The notes beneath the pieces are model-generated. The model was not told the origin of the DNA and did not search any database. It saw only the letters and a program-made list of their open reading frames with translations. This document shows positions 16,211 through 25,168 of a DNA stretch of 48,396 bases, piece after piece. Origin of the DNA: Bacteroidales bacterium (GTDB lineage: Bacteria; Bacteroidota; Bacteroidia; Bacteroidales; VadinHA17); the NCBI GenBank assembly GCA_034003165.1, contig JAVEZD010000003.1:1-48396 (forward strand), given 5' to 3'. Each line of letters begins with the position of its first letter. Positions within the stretch are counted from its first letter, which is position 1. Both the position numbers and the translations under genes were made by a program.

Positions 16211-18036
16211 AAGATCCGTTCATAAACAGGAAATACATAATAATGGCAATGATTGCCGTTTCTGTTTTTATCATTCTGATAAGGCTCTTTTTTATTCAGG
16301 TTATTGACGACTCGTACAGGCTTTCGGCCGACAACAACGTACTAAGATATGTAACTCAATATCCGGCGAGGGGACTTATTTACGACAGAAACGGCAAGTT
16401 GCTGGTCACCAATCAGGCTGCCTACGATCTGATGGTGGTCCCGGCTCAGTCTCAGGAGATGGATACTCTGGCATTCTGTGATCTGACAGGGATAACAATC
16501 GATTCTTTCAGGCAGAGGATGAAGAAAGCGGTAAACTATTCAAGAAGGGCTCCGTCTCTCTTTCTTGAGCAACTTTCGGCCGAGACCTATGCTACACTTC
16601 AGGAGAAGATGTTCTCATTCCCCGGATTCTATGTACAGCCCAGAACCCTCAGAAAGTATACCAAACCCATTGCTGCCCATATACTTGGATATGTAAGTGA
16701 GGTGGATGACAGGGCAATCAAACGTGATGCGTACTATAAACCAGGGGATTACATAGGTAAACTGGGTATAGAGGAAGCATATGAGGAAGAATTGCGTGGG
16801 AAGAAGGGAGTTAAGATCTTTCTTGTCGATGTGTACAGCAGGATAAAAGGCTCCTATGCCCAGGGCAGGATGGATACCATGGCTGTTCAGGGTTCTGATA
16901 TTATCTCAACCATCGACAGCGATCTCCAGGAATATGGTGAGTTGCTTATGAAGAACAAAAGGGGCAGTATTGTAGCAATAGAGCCAGCAACAGGCGAGAT
17001 ACTGGCACTTATCTCAGCTCCGGGATATGACCCCGGGCTGCTTGTTGGAAGAATAAGGTCGGAGAATTTCTCGCGTCTTAACTCGGATACCATCTCCAGA
17101 CCCCTTTTCAACAGGGCTGTCCAGGCCTCCTATCCACCCGGCTCTACCTTCAAACCCATAAACGGCCTTATCGGTCTTCAGGAAAATGTTATTGATGAAT
17201 CCACCCGATTCGGCTGTAACAATGGATATCTGTTTATCGGCTGCCATTCGCACAGCTCTCCCCTCGATCTTGAACATGCGATATCAAACTCATGCAATTC
17301 ATATTTCTGCCAGACATACAGGCGTGTTCTTGAGAATAGCGCATATCCATCAGTGGCAGCTGCTTTCGGGAAATGGAAGGGATACGTTAATGAGTTTGGA
17401 TTTGGCAACAGGCTTGGTACCGATATTGTAAATGAACTGCCCGGTTTTATCCCGTCGGTAGATTATTTCGACAGATATTATGGTGAGAACAAGTGGAGAG
17501 CACTTACTGTAATATCAATGGCCATAGGTCAGGGAGAGATAGGTACAACACCTCTCCAGCTGGCTAATATGGTTGCCGCCATTGCCAACAGGGGATTTTT
17601 TTATACACCACATATAGTAAAGGCAATAGGGCCAGGGAAAACGATCAACCCCCGTTTTACAGAGAGAAATGTAATAAATATCGACCCGTCGAGGTTCGAA
17701 CCCATAGTAAACGGAATGGCAATGACTGTTAACGGTGGTGAAGGTGCAACAGCAACCGGTGCTGCCATTAAGGATATTATTGTGTGCGGCAAAACAGGAA
17801 CGGCACAGAACCCTCATGGTAAGGATCATTCGGTGTTTGTAGCCTTTGCTCCCCAGGATGAACCTTCCATTGCAATTATGACTTTTGTTGAGAATGCCGG
17901 ATACGGATCGACCTATGCAGCACCTATTGCCAGCCTGATGATAGAGAAATACATAAGGGGCGAGGTGACAAATAAATGGCAGGAGCAAAGAATGCTTGAC
18001 CTTAATCTTCTTGACCAGGGTGACCAGGGAAATTAA
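16207..18036 (+). CDS. mrdA: Penicillin-binding protein 2 (elongasome transpeptidase)
   Basis: 609 aa. It has an N-terminal TM helix and the transpeptidase motifs STFK (PPGSTFKP), SxN (SNSCN) and KTGT (CGKTGTAQ). Confidence 0.92.
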   Translation: MKDPFINRKYIIMAMIAVSVFIILIRLFFIQVIDDSYRLSADNNVLRYVTQYPARGLIYDRNGKLLVTNQAAYDLMVVPAQSQEMDTLAFCDLTGITIDSFRQRMKKAVNYSRRAPSLFLEQLSAETYATLQEKMFSFPGFYVQPRTLRKYTKPIAAHILGYVSEVDDRAIKRDAYYKPGDYIGKLGIEEAYEEELRGKKGVKIFLVDVYSRIKGSYAQGRMDTMAVQGSDIISTIDSDLQEYGELLMKNKRGSIVAIEPATGEILALISAPGYDPGLLVGRIRSENFSRLNSDTISRPLFNRAVQASYPPGSTFKPINGLIGLQENVIDESTRFGCNNGYLFIGCHSHSSPLDLEHAISNSCNSYFCQTYRRVLENSAYPSVAAAFGKWKGYVNEFGFGNRLGTDIVNELPGFIPSVDYFDRYYGENKWRALTVISMAIGQGEIGTTPLQLANMVAAIANRGFFYTPHIVKAIGPGKTINPRFTERNVINIDPSRFEPIVNGMAMTVNGGEGATATGAAIKDIIVCGKTGTAQNPHGKDHSVFVAFAPQDEPSIAIMTFVENAGYGSTYAAPIASLMIEKYIRGEVTNKWQEQRMLDLNLLDQGDQGN

Positions 18037-19444
18037 TATATGGAAAAGAATTGACAAGATCACCGTGGTGATCTTCCTGCTCATGATTGCAATGGGCTGG
18101 TTGAATATATATGCTGCAGTCTATAATGAAGAAAACAAGGAGATCCTTGATTTTTCGCAGAGGTACGGCAAACAGTTCATATGGATCATTGCCACTCTGG
18201 TACTTGCCATCTTTGTTGTTATAATAGACACCCGCTTCTGGCTCTTCTTTGCATATTTCATATATGCAGGAATTATGTTTATGTTATTGCTGGTTCTGGT
18301 TGTAGGAAAAGAGATAAACGGAGCCAGATCTTGGTTCGAGATAGCCGGACTGTCACTGCAGCCTTCCGAGTTTGCCAAATTCGGTACGGCTCTGGCTCTT
18401 GCATCTTTCCTTGGGTCAAAGAGGGTGGATCTGAGAAGGATTACTGTTCTGCTTCAGGCTTCAGCCATAATTGTTTTTCCTGCTGTGCTGATTGCACTTC
18501 AACCCGACATGGGTTCAACTGTAGTCTTCTTTTCCCTCTTTATAGTGCTGTTCAGAGAAGGGATGAGTCCATATATCTTTATCTCGGGTATACTGATGGG
18601 TATACTCTTCTTTCTTACCCTCCTGGTAAACAATTTATATCTCGAACTGATTCTGGTGTTCCTTTCTTCTGCCCTGATATGGTTCGTCACAAAAAAATGG
18701 AAAATAGCAATCACAGGAATTGGAATGTTTGCTGTAGTAACCGGCATTCTTTACCTTATAAATACCTTGCTTACAAGGAGCTTTGCAAATGAAACAGTCC
18801 TTCTTACAGGTCTTATTCTTACAGGGCTGGTGTTCATTTTATATATTGTTTCGCGTAAAAACTCATCCGTACTTGTAGTCTACCTGTTTCTGACCGGGAG
18901 TATTTTGTTTATCAACTCAGTCGACTATGTATTCAATTCCCTTTTGCAATCGCACCAGAAAGAGAGAGTGGAGATCATGCTTGGTATTAAATCGGATCCC
19001 AGGGGAACTGGCTATAATGTCACCCAGTCGATAATCTCAATCGGGTCCGGAGGTTTTGCTGGTAAAGGGTATCTTCAGGGGACTCAGACCAAATTCAAGT
19101 TTGTTCCGGCTCAGAGCACCGACTTTATTTTTTGTACGGTAGGGGAGGAATGGGGTTTCCTTGGTTCACTTGTTGTGACGGGAATGTATCTTTTTCTGTT
19201 GCTCAGACTAATATGGCTGGCCGAACGGCAGCGTTCAGCTTTCTCAAGGATCTACGGCTATGGTGTGGTATCAGTGTTTTTTATCCATATAATAATCAAT
19301 ATTGGAATGGCTGTTGGACTGGTACCGGTAATTGGCATTCCACTTCCCTTCCTCAGTTACGGAGGAAGTTCACTATGGGGTTTTACCATATTGTTGTTTA
19401 TCTTTCTAAGGCTCGATGCCAGCCGTACTGAATACCTTATCTGA
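17996..19444 (+). CDS. rodA: SEDS-family peptidoglycan polymerase RodA
   Basis: About 480-aa polytopic protein with QPSEFAK, PDMGS and IPLPFLSYGGSS motifs. The start is uncertain: the ATG at 17996 overlaps mrdA by 41 nt, and there is no other in-frame ATG before the first TM helix. Confidence 0.88.
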   Translation: MTLIFLTRVTREINIWKRIDKITVVIFLLMIAMGWLNIYAAVYNEENKEILDFSQRYGKQFIWIIATLVLAIFVVIIDTRFWLFFAYFIYAGIMFMLLLVLVVGKEINGARSWFEIAGLSLQPSEFAKFGTALALASFLGSKRVDLRRITVLLQASAIIVFPAVLIALQPDMGSTVVFFSLFIVLFREGMSPYIFISGILMGILFFLTLLVNNLYLELILVFLSSALIWFVTKKWKIAITGIGMFAVVTGILYLINTLLTRSFANETVLLTGLILTGLVFILYIVSRKNSSVLVVYLFLTGSILFINSVDYVFNSLLQSHQKERVEIMLGIKSDPRGTGYNVTQSIISIGSGGFAGKGYLQGTQTKFKFVPAQSTDFIFCTVGEEWGFLGSLVVTGMYLFLLLRLIWLAERQRSAFSRIYGYGVVSVFFIHIIINIGMAVGLVPVIGIPLPFLSYGGSSLWGFTILLFIFLRLDASRTEYLI

Positions 19445-20056
19445 TCAGAAAGGTATTGACATGCGGTGCGAGATCTCAACCCCGAATTCCTTTTCAACAT
19501 AATCGATCAGCTGGGGGAAAAACTCCATGAAGTCATCCTGAAGTGAAAAGTAATTTTTCTTAAGGGCTTTGATGGCAAATCTGGTCTCGTTGGGTAACGA
19601 CGATCTTTTGCTTAGGGTGTTGAGAACATGTTTGATGCCATTGACTGTCTGGTACGATTCAATCCAGTTGTTTATTATGAAGAATGGCATCATCTGTTTT
19701 ACATTATCCGGAAGTATGTCATAGTTATTTACAAGGGCCCTGTAGAAGTTATATGTAACACTTTCCAGGGGCCTTCTTGAATAGAAATCCCATTCCCTGG
19801 TAAGAAAATGATCATATATGATATCAGTTATGACCCCGGAATATTTATGATATTTCTTTGAAAAAAAGATCTTACTGCGATGGACTACAGGATGCCTGTC
19901 AGTAAATCCGTCAATATGCCTGTGTATTATTATTCCCTTGCGGATCAGTTCGGGATATTTGAGATAATCACGCCCTTTGACATAATCTCCAATGTAATTA
20001 CCGATAATGATCTTATCAGAATCGCCGGACAGATATATGTGGGCTAAGACATTCAT
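19445..20056 (-). CDS. acpH: Acyl carrier protein phosphodiesterase
   Basis: 203 aa. The N-terminus MNVLAHIYLSGDSDKIIIGNYIGDYVKG is characteristic of AcpH. Its stop abuts the rodA stop (convergent, no spacer). Confidence 0.8.
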   Translation of the reverse strand: MNVLAHIYLSGDSDKIIIGNYIGDYVKGRDYLKYPELIRKGIIIHRHIDGFTDRHPVVHRSKIFFSKKYHKYSGVITDIIYDHFLTREWDFYSRRPLESVTYNFYRALVNNYDILPDNVKQMMPFFIINNWIESYQTVNGIKHVLNTLSKRSSLPNETRFAIKALKKNYFSLQDDFMEFFPQLIDYVEKEFGVEISHRMSIPF

Positions 20057-20102
20057 TTTGTGCTATAATAGTACAAAGAATTTGCCATTTCATTTATCAC
20101 TG

Positions 20103-20130
20103 TGAAAACATTTTCTTTAACATGTTTTCA
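20103..20130. promoter_or_regulatory. Perfect 9-bp inverted repeat TGAAAACAT-N10-ATGTTTTCA in the acpH / COG2403 divergent region
   Basis: Arms at 20103-20111 and 20122-20130. It lies 47-74 nt upstream of the acpH ATG and about 180 nt upstream of the COG2403-like gene. No gene ends here, so it is not a terminator. Confidence 0.35.
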
Positions 20131-20237
20131 TCATTTCTGGTAAGAGAGGTTAAGTAACATATATATAGGCACATAACAACATGATCAGGAGGTTTTAAAA
20201 ATGCATTCAATTCTTCGTTTATTAAACATCCAAGTCT

Positions 20238-20245
20238 TAAATTTG
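20238..20245 (+). promoter_or_regulatory. Bacteroidota -7 box TAAATTTG for the COG2403-like gene
   Basis: Exact TAnnTTTG match 64 nt upstream of the ATG at 20309. Confidence 0.4.
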
Positions 20246-20308
20246 TTAAAAGCTATATATATAAACGGTCTGAAGGTTATCTAAATTATCATTAACACGG
20301 GAAGTATT

Positions 20309-21646
20309 ATGACCAGAAGGAATATTATTATTATTGGAGCGGCAGGAAGGGATTTCCATAATTTCAACACCTGTTACAGAGACAATGAGATGTATAATGT
20401 TGTTGCCTTCACGGCGGCACAGATTCCGGATATAGACGGGAGGTTCTATCCACCGGAACTTGCCGGCAGGCTTTATCCTGAGGGGATTCCAATTTATCCT
20501 GAGCAGGAGCTTCCCGGGCTCATAAGGAAGCTAAGGGCCGATGACTGTGTTTTCTCATACAGCGACCTCCCTTATAACAAGGTAATGTCGGTCAGTGCGA
20601 TTGTCAACTCGGCCGGGGCTAATTTTGTATTGCCGGGTCCCGCTGACTCTATGCTGAAGAGCATAAAACCTGTTATAGCAATTGGAGCGGTGAGAACCGG
20701 TTGTGGTAAGAGTCAGACCTCAAGGAGGGTCATAGAGCTATTGATGAAAAAGGGTCTGAAGGTTGTGGCAGTAAGGCATCCCATGCCCTATGGAGACCTT
20801 AATGCCCAGAAGGTTCAGCGCTTTGCCGTTGTAAGCGACCTTGAGGATCATAAGTGTACGGTTGAGGAGATGGAAGAATATGAACCTCATGTTGTAAGGG
20901 GGAACGTGATCTATGCCGGCGTCGATTACGAGGCAATTCTGAGGCAGGCCGAGGATGACCCTGACGGATGTGATGTCATAGTATGGGATGGAGGCAACAA
21001 TGATTTTCCGTTTTACAAACCCGACCTGATGATCACAGTGGCCGATCCTCACCGTGCCGGCCATGAACTGAGTTATTACCCCGGTGAGGTAACTCTCCGT
21101 ATTGCAGATGTGATTATCATTAACAAGATAGACTCAGCTTCTCCCGAGTCTGTTCAGATAGTAAGGGAAAGCATAGAAAAGGTAAATCCGGGAGCTGTTG
21201 TCATTGACGGCGCTTCTCCCATAAAAGTTGATGATCCTGCCCTTATAAGAGGGAAGAATGTTCTGGTGGTTGAAGATGGTCCCACCCTTACGCATGGCGA
21301 GATGAAACTGGGTGCAGGCATTGTTGCAGCCAGGAAATTCGGTGCGGCAAGTCTGGTCGATCCCAGGCCTTACACAGTCGGAAAACTCAGTGAGACTTTC
21401 AGGATATATCCCGGGATTGGAACACTTCTGCCGGCAATGGGTTATGGCAAGGAACAGCTCAGTGATCTTGAAAAGACTATTAACAACACCGAGTGCGACA
21501 GCGTCATCATTGCCACACCTATCGACCTGAACAGGATAATAAAGATAAGAAAGCCCTCAACAAGGGTTTATTATGATCTTCAGGAAATCGGAGAGCCTGA
21601 TCTCACACAGGTATTAGACGATTTCCTTAAGAAGCATAATCTTTAG
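20309..21646 (+). CDS. COG2403-type predicted P-loop GTPase (cyclic 2,3-diphosphoglycerate synthetase-like family)
   Basis: 445 aa. Motifs seen: IIIIGAAGRDFHNFN N-terminus, P-loop GAVRTGCGKSQT, VRHPMPYGDL and WDGGNNDFPF. These match my recollection of this archaeal/bacterial family. Its function in bacteria is unknown to me. Confidence 0.6.
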   Translation: MTRRNIIIIGAAGRDFHNFNTCYRDNEMYNVVAFTAAQIPDIDGRFYPPELAGRLYPEGIPIYPEQELPGLIRKLRADDCVFSYSDLPYNKVMSVSAIVNSAGANFVLPGPADSMLKSIKPVIAIGAVRTGCGKSQTSRRVIELLMKKGLKVVAVRHPMPYGDLNAQKVQRFAVVSDLEDHKCTVEEMEEYEPHVVRGNVIYAGVDYEAILRQAEDDPDGCDVIVWDGGNNDFPFYKPDLMITVADPHRAGHELSYYPGEVTLRIADVIIINKIDSASPESVQIVRESIEKVNPGAVVIDGASPIKVDDPALIRGKNVLVVEDGPTLTHGEMKLGAGIVAARKFGAASLVDPRPYTVGKLSETFRIYPGIGTLLPAMGYGKEQLSDLEKTINNTECDSVIIATPIDLNRIIKIRKPSTRVYYDLQEIGEPDLTQVLDDFLKKHNL

Positions 21647-21703
21647 GCTGTCATCAGGGACTTATCAACCGGCATATTACAAGGCATCTGAATGAAATTG
21701 TTA

Positions 21704-24028
21704 TTAGCGGGGTGAATACTTCACTTTGCGTTGATCGTTTATCACTCCGCTCCAGTTAAGGCCGAATCCGAAGTCATAGGTATTGCCCTGGCTGTCTGTA
21801 TAACAGGTCATATCGAAAGGAACATCTTCAGCCTGGGTCTCGACTGTCTTCATATCGGCAGGCATCTGAAGGGGCAGGAGGCCTGAAGGTTCTGTTGCTC
21901 CTGAAATGATTTCCATAAGAGCCTGGTCCTGTATGCCAAAGGTAACAAGAATAGCATCAGCTGTTTTTTCAAATTCGGAGAAGACCATTGGGTTCGACAT
22001 TTTGATGACTACAACGACAGGTCTGCTGCCCATTGCTCTTCTTGTATCGAGAACCAGCTTAAGGTCACCTGCATTGGAGGCTGTCACACTTTTATTCCTG
22101 TAGCTTCGGTTTGTGAACGATTCCAGGGGATCGCCGCCTGCAATACTGGGGTCGCGTGCATCAACAGCCTTATAGGGCCCGTACATCAGGCTTATAGGTA
22201 CATAACCTGTTCCTCCTTTTGCAATATCATCCCTGTCGTAGCCGGTTCCTGAGGCAGGACTGTTGATTACCACCAATGCGAAATCGGCTTCTGAAGGGTT
22301 GTCAGTTACTCCGTAGTATCGTGCTACAGTTGTGGAATCGACCGGATATGACCTGGAGGGTGCTGAGGTCTCTCCGAAGAAGCTTCTTGTGGCAGGAGAT
22401 TCTCTCTCTGGTATGTAGACCTTACTGCTTCTTGCTGCAGGCAGGGTCCCTTTTATATTTTTAAGCATCACCACAGATCGGAGCTGTGCTTCAAAGCCAG
22501 CTTTCATGAATTCGCTGTTGCCTGTCGTTTTAATGCTTTCTTCAACATCGAGATATGGATTTTCAAACAGCCCGGTCCTGAAGATATTAAGCAGTAGTCT
22601 GACAGCCGACTGTTCCATACGCTGCCGCATGAAGTCTTCACCGTGTTCTTTGACTCCTATATTATAGGCTTCAACAACGGGGCCTGCGTCATTATTACCA
22701 CCGAACTGGTCGACTCCGGCCATTATAAGTTTATAATGCCTTTCCGCTTCGCTGAGTGCTTCTGCTCCATAGCTTGTTGTTCCGAATGCGTCAACAGCCA
22801 TGACGTCGCGGGTTACTCCCCAGTCGGTGCATACAACGCCTTCATAACCGTATTCCCCTCTTAAAAGATCTGATATTATATATTTGTTGTACGCATTTCC
22901 AACATTTTCATTATTCTTCCTGTCAATATTATATGATATTGTATAATATGGCATAACTGCCGAAGCCATTGATGTTTTTCCTTCGAGTTTCATGGCTCCC
23001 TCTGTAAAGGGTTTAAGGTGGTCGGCAAGGTTATCTCCAGGGTAGACGGCATATTTTCCGAAAGCATAATGTGCATCTCGTCCTCCCTCTTCAGGCCCTC
23101 CTCCAGGCCAGTGTTTGATCATGGCATTGACACTCGACCAGCCCCAGCCTCCGCTGATCTCCTTGTCTCCTTCCGAAGTCTGGAAACCGTCGACATAAGC
23201 TCTTGCCATATCTGCAGTCATAAGCGGGCTCTCTCCGAAGGTGCCGCTGACCCTGTTCCACCGTGGCTCTGTTGCGAGGTCGATCTGAGGCGAAAGGGCT
23301 GTTGAGATGCCCATTGCCCGGTACTCGCGTGATGCAATTGAGCCAAACTGCCTTACAAGCGAAGGGTCAAAGGAAGCGGCAAGACCCAGCGAACCAGGCC
23401 ACATGGATATCTGTCCGGCCGAACCTACATTGAATTCAGCCGTCGAAACGGCCTGATGCCTGGGGTCTGAACTGTTGTTTGCGGGAATACCCGGAATAAT
23501 ACTTTCGCATAATGACTGAACATTATTGTTCCAGATGGCGGCTACCTCAGGGCTCTGAACCGATGTTACAAGTACATGGCGGAGATTGTCGTCCACCAGG
23601 AATTTCTTCTGCTGGTCGCTAAGGTCGGATGGCAGGGCCCCGCTTTCGGTAAAGGACTTACCGTTATATGTTGCTGATCCGAATCTTGTACCGCCGGCTG
23701 GGATGGCCTGATGTGCGCTGTAAAGCATGAGGCCTGCAATCTGTTCTACAGTCATTGCGGAAGCCAGGTCGCGGGCCCTTTCTTCGGGCGTCAGACGCCA
23801 GTCCTCGTAGATGTCGAGTCTGTCATTCCTGTTAAGGTCCTTGAATGCAAATCCTCCTGAGGTAACAAGCCTGACCCCGGAAGTGGTATCATATGCAAGG
23901 GTAAGGCCTCCTTTGTTGGAGACAATCATCAATGATCCTGAGTCTGTTTCGCTCCATTTTTTACACCCCGAAGTAAAAAAAACCAGTGTCAGGGTAATTA
24001 CTGATAGCAGAAATGTCCTTGTCTTCAT
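21704..24028 (-). CDS. Glycoside hydrolase family 3 lipoprotein (beta-glucosidase / beta-xylosidase-like)
   Basis: 774 aa. It has a lipoprotein signal (LVFFTSGCKK), the GH3 motif KHWPGGGPEEGGRD and the nucleophile context GVVCTDWG. Confidence 0.85.
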   Translation of the reverse strand: MKTRTFLLSVITLTLVFFTSGCKKWSETDSGSLMIVSNKGGLTLAYDTTSGVRLVTSGGFAFKDLNRNDRLDIYEDWRLTPEERARDLASAMTVEQIAGLMLYSAHQAIPAGGTRFGSATYNGKSFTESGALPSDLSDQQKKFLVDDNLRHVLVTSVQSPEVAAIWNNNVQSLCESIIPGIPANNSSDPRHQAVSTAEFNVGSAGQISMWPGSLGLAASFDPSLVRQFGSIASREYRAMGISTALSPQIDLATEPRWNRVSGTFGESPLMTADMARAYVDGFQTSEGDKEISGGWGWSSVNAMIKHWPGGGPEEGGRDAHYAFGKYAVYPGDNLADHLKPFTEGAMKLEGKTSMASAVMPYYTISYNIDRKNNENVGNAYNKYIISDLLRGEYGYEGVVCTDWGVTRDVMAVDAFGTTSYGAEALSEAERHYKLIMAGVDQFGGNNDAGPVVEAYNIGVKEHGEDFMRQRMEQSAVRLLLNIFRTGLFENPYLDVEESIKTTGNSEFMKAGFEAQLRSVVMLKNIKGTLPAARSSKVYIPERESPATRSFFGETSAPSRSYPVDSTTVARYYGVTDNPSEADFALVVINSPASGTGYDRDDIAKGGTGYVPISLMYGPYKAVDARDPSIAGGDPLESFTNRSYRNKSVTASNAGDLKLVLDTRRAMGSRPVVVVIKMSNPMVFSEFEKTADAILVTFGIQDQALMEIISGATEPSGLLPLQMPADMKTVETQAEDVPFDMTCYTDSQGNTYDFGFGLNWSGVINDQRKVKYSPR

Positions 24029-24046
24029 GATTGAATATGTATTAGG

Positions 24047-25120
24047 TTAACGGCGTACGCGGGCATTGCCCTTCCAGATGCTCCACACCTGTTCTTCATC
24101 GGCTGGCTCGCAGTAGTCAGTCATCATTGTGGTGGCAAGGGCTCCTGTTGCCCAGCCGAACTGTATCCATCTTTCAGGTTCCCATCCTTTAAGGATGCCG
24201 TAAAGAAGCCCACCTACAAAGCCGTCTCCGCCGCCTATACGGTCGAGTACATGAATCTCGCGGGGCTCGGCAACATGCCAGTCCTTTCCTTCACGCATGA
24301 TAGCTCCCCAGAGGTGTTCATTTGTGCTTATTACCTGGCGTAGTGTTGTTGCAAAGACCTTTACCTGAGGGAAAGCCTGGGCGGCCCTTTCTATCATCTC
24401 CTTAAAGCTGTCGACCTTTGAGGACAGGTTTTTTCCTCCTTCTTCGGGTCCTTCAATGCCGAGGGCAAGCTGAAAGTCCTCTTCATTGCCTACCAGGATA
24501 TCTGAAATGCCTGCAATCTCGCTGAAGACCGCTGAAAGTTCTTTCTCCCTGTCTTTCCAGAAAGTAGCCCTGTAGTTAAGGTCGAAGCTTATTCTGGTAC
24601 CGTATTTTCTGGCATTTCTTGCCAGTTCAAGGCAGAAGTAGCCCGTTTCAGGAGAGAGGGCGGCTATAAGGCCCGAGAGATGCAATATCTGAACTCCTTC
24701 CCTGCCAAAGATACGGTCAATATCAAAGTCAGCGGCATTAAGGGTCCTGCCCACCTCACCGGCACGGTCGTTCTGTACCCTTGGCCCTCGTGATCCGTAT
24801 CCACTGTCGGCTATGTTGAACTGATGCCTGTAACCCCAGGGGCCTCCCTGCTCAAGCTCTACACCTTCGTAAACCATATGCCTTCCGGCCAGATTGTCCT
24901 TTATTATCCTGGCAACCGGACTATCCTTGACGAAGGTAGTAAGGACCTTGACTGGCAGTCCCAGAAATGATGATACACTTGCAACATTTGTTTCAGCACT
25001 TGTGACATAAAGGGCAAAAGTGTCTGAAGTATGTACCGGCTGACCGTTTAACGGAGTTATACGAACTCCCATGCTGGTTGGTACTACCATCGACCAGGAA
25101 AAATCTTTCCTTAATTCCAT
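24047..25120 (-). CDS. PfkB-family sugar kinase (KdgK-like)
   Basis: 357 aa. It has the ribokinase-like fold with the C-terminal DRIGGGDGFVGGLLYG motif. Length and N-terminus resemble Bacteroidota 2-dehydro-3-deoxygluconokinase-type kinases. Substrate is not determinable from sequence. Confidence 0.75.
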   Translation of the reverse strand: MELRKDFSWSMVVPTSMGVRITPLNGQPVHTSDTFALYVTSAETNVASVSSFLGLPVKVLTTFVKDSPVARIIKDNLAGRHMVYEGVELEQGGPWGYRHQFNIADSGYGSRGPRVQNDRAGEVGRTLNAADFDIDRIFGREGVQILHLSGLIAALSPETGYFCLELARNARKYGTRISFDLNYRATFWKDREKELSAVFSEIAGISDILVGNEEDFQLALGIEGPEEGGKNLSSKVDSFKEMIERAAQAFPQVKVFATTLRQVISTNEHLWGAIMREGKDWHVAEPREIHVLDRIGGGDGFVGGLLYGILKGWEPERWIQFGWATGALATTMMTDYCEPADEEQVWSIWKGNARVRR

Positions 25121-25168
25121 TTTCAGTAAGAAATTAGTATTAATTTTTGTAACAGAGTAATTCAGGTT

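Noticed and set aside
15879-16307. 142-aa ORF in an alternative frame across mreD/mrdA
   Set aside because: It overlaps two conserved, translationally coupled genes in the same orientation, and its translation has no recognisable features.
17515-18084. 189-aa ORF antisense to the mrdA 3' end; also 18181-18792 (203 aa) in an alternative frame of rodA
   Set aside because: Cys/His-rich nonsense-like translations inside strongly supported genes. Shadow ORFs.
20201-20284. 27-codon ORF (MHSILRLLNIQVLNLLKAIYINGLKVI) and an AGGAGG string at 20187-20192 upstream of the COG2403-like gene
   Set aside because: It is very short and AT-rich, and it overlaps the predicted -7 box (20238-20245). Bacteroidota generally do not rely on Shine-Dalgarno pairing, so the AGGAGG is not supportive. 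It cannot be distinguished from chance.
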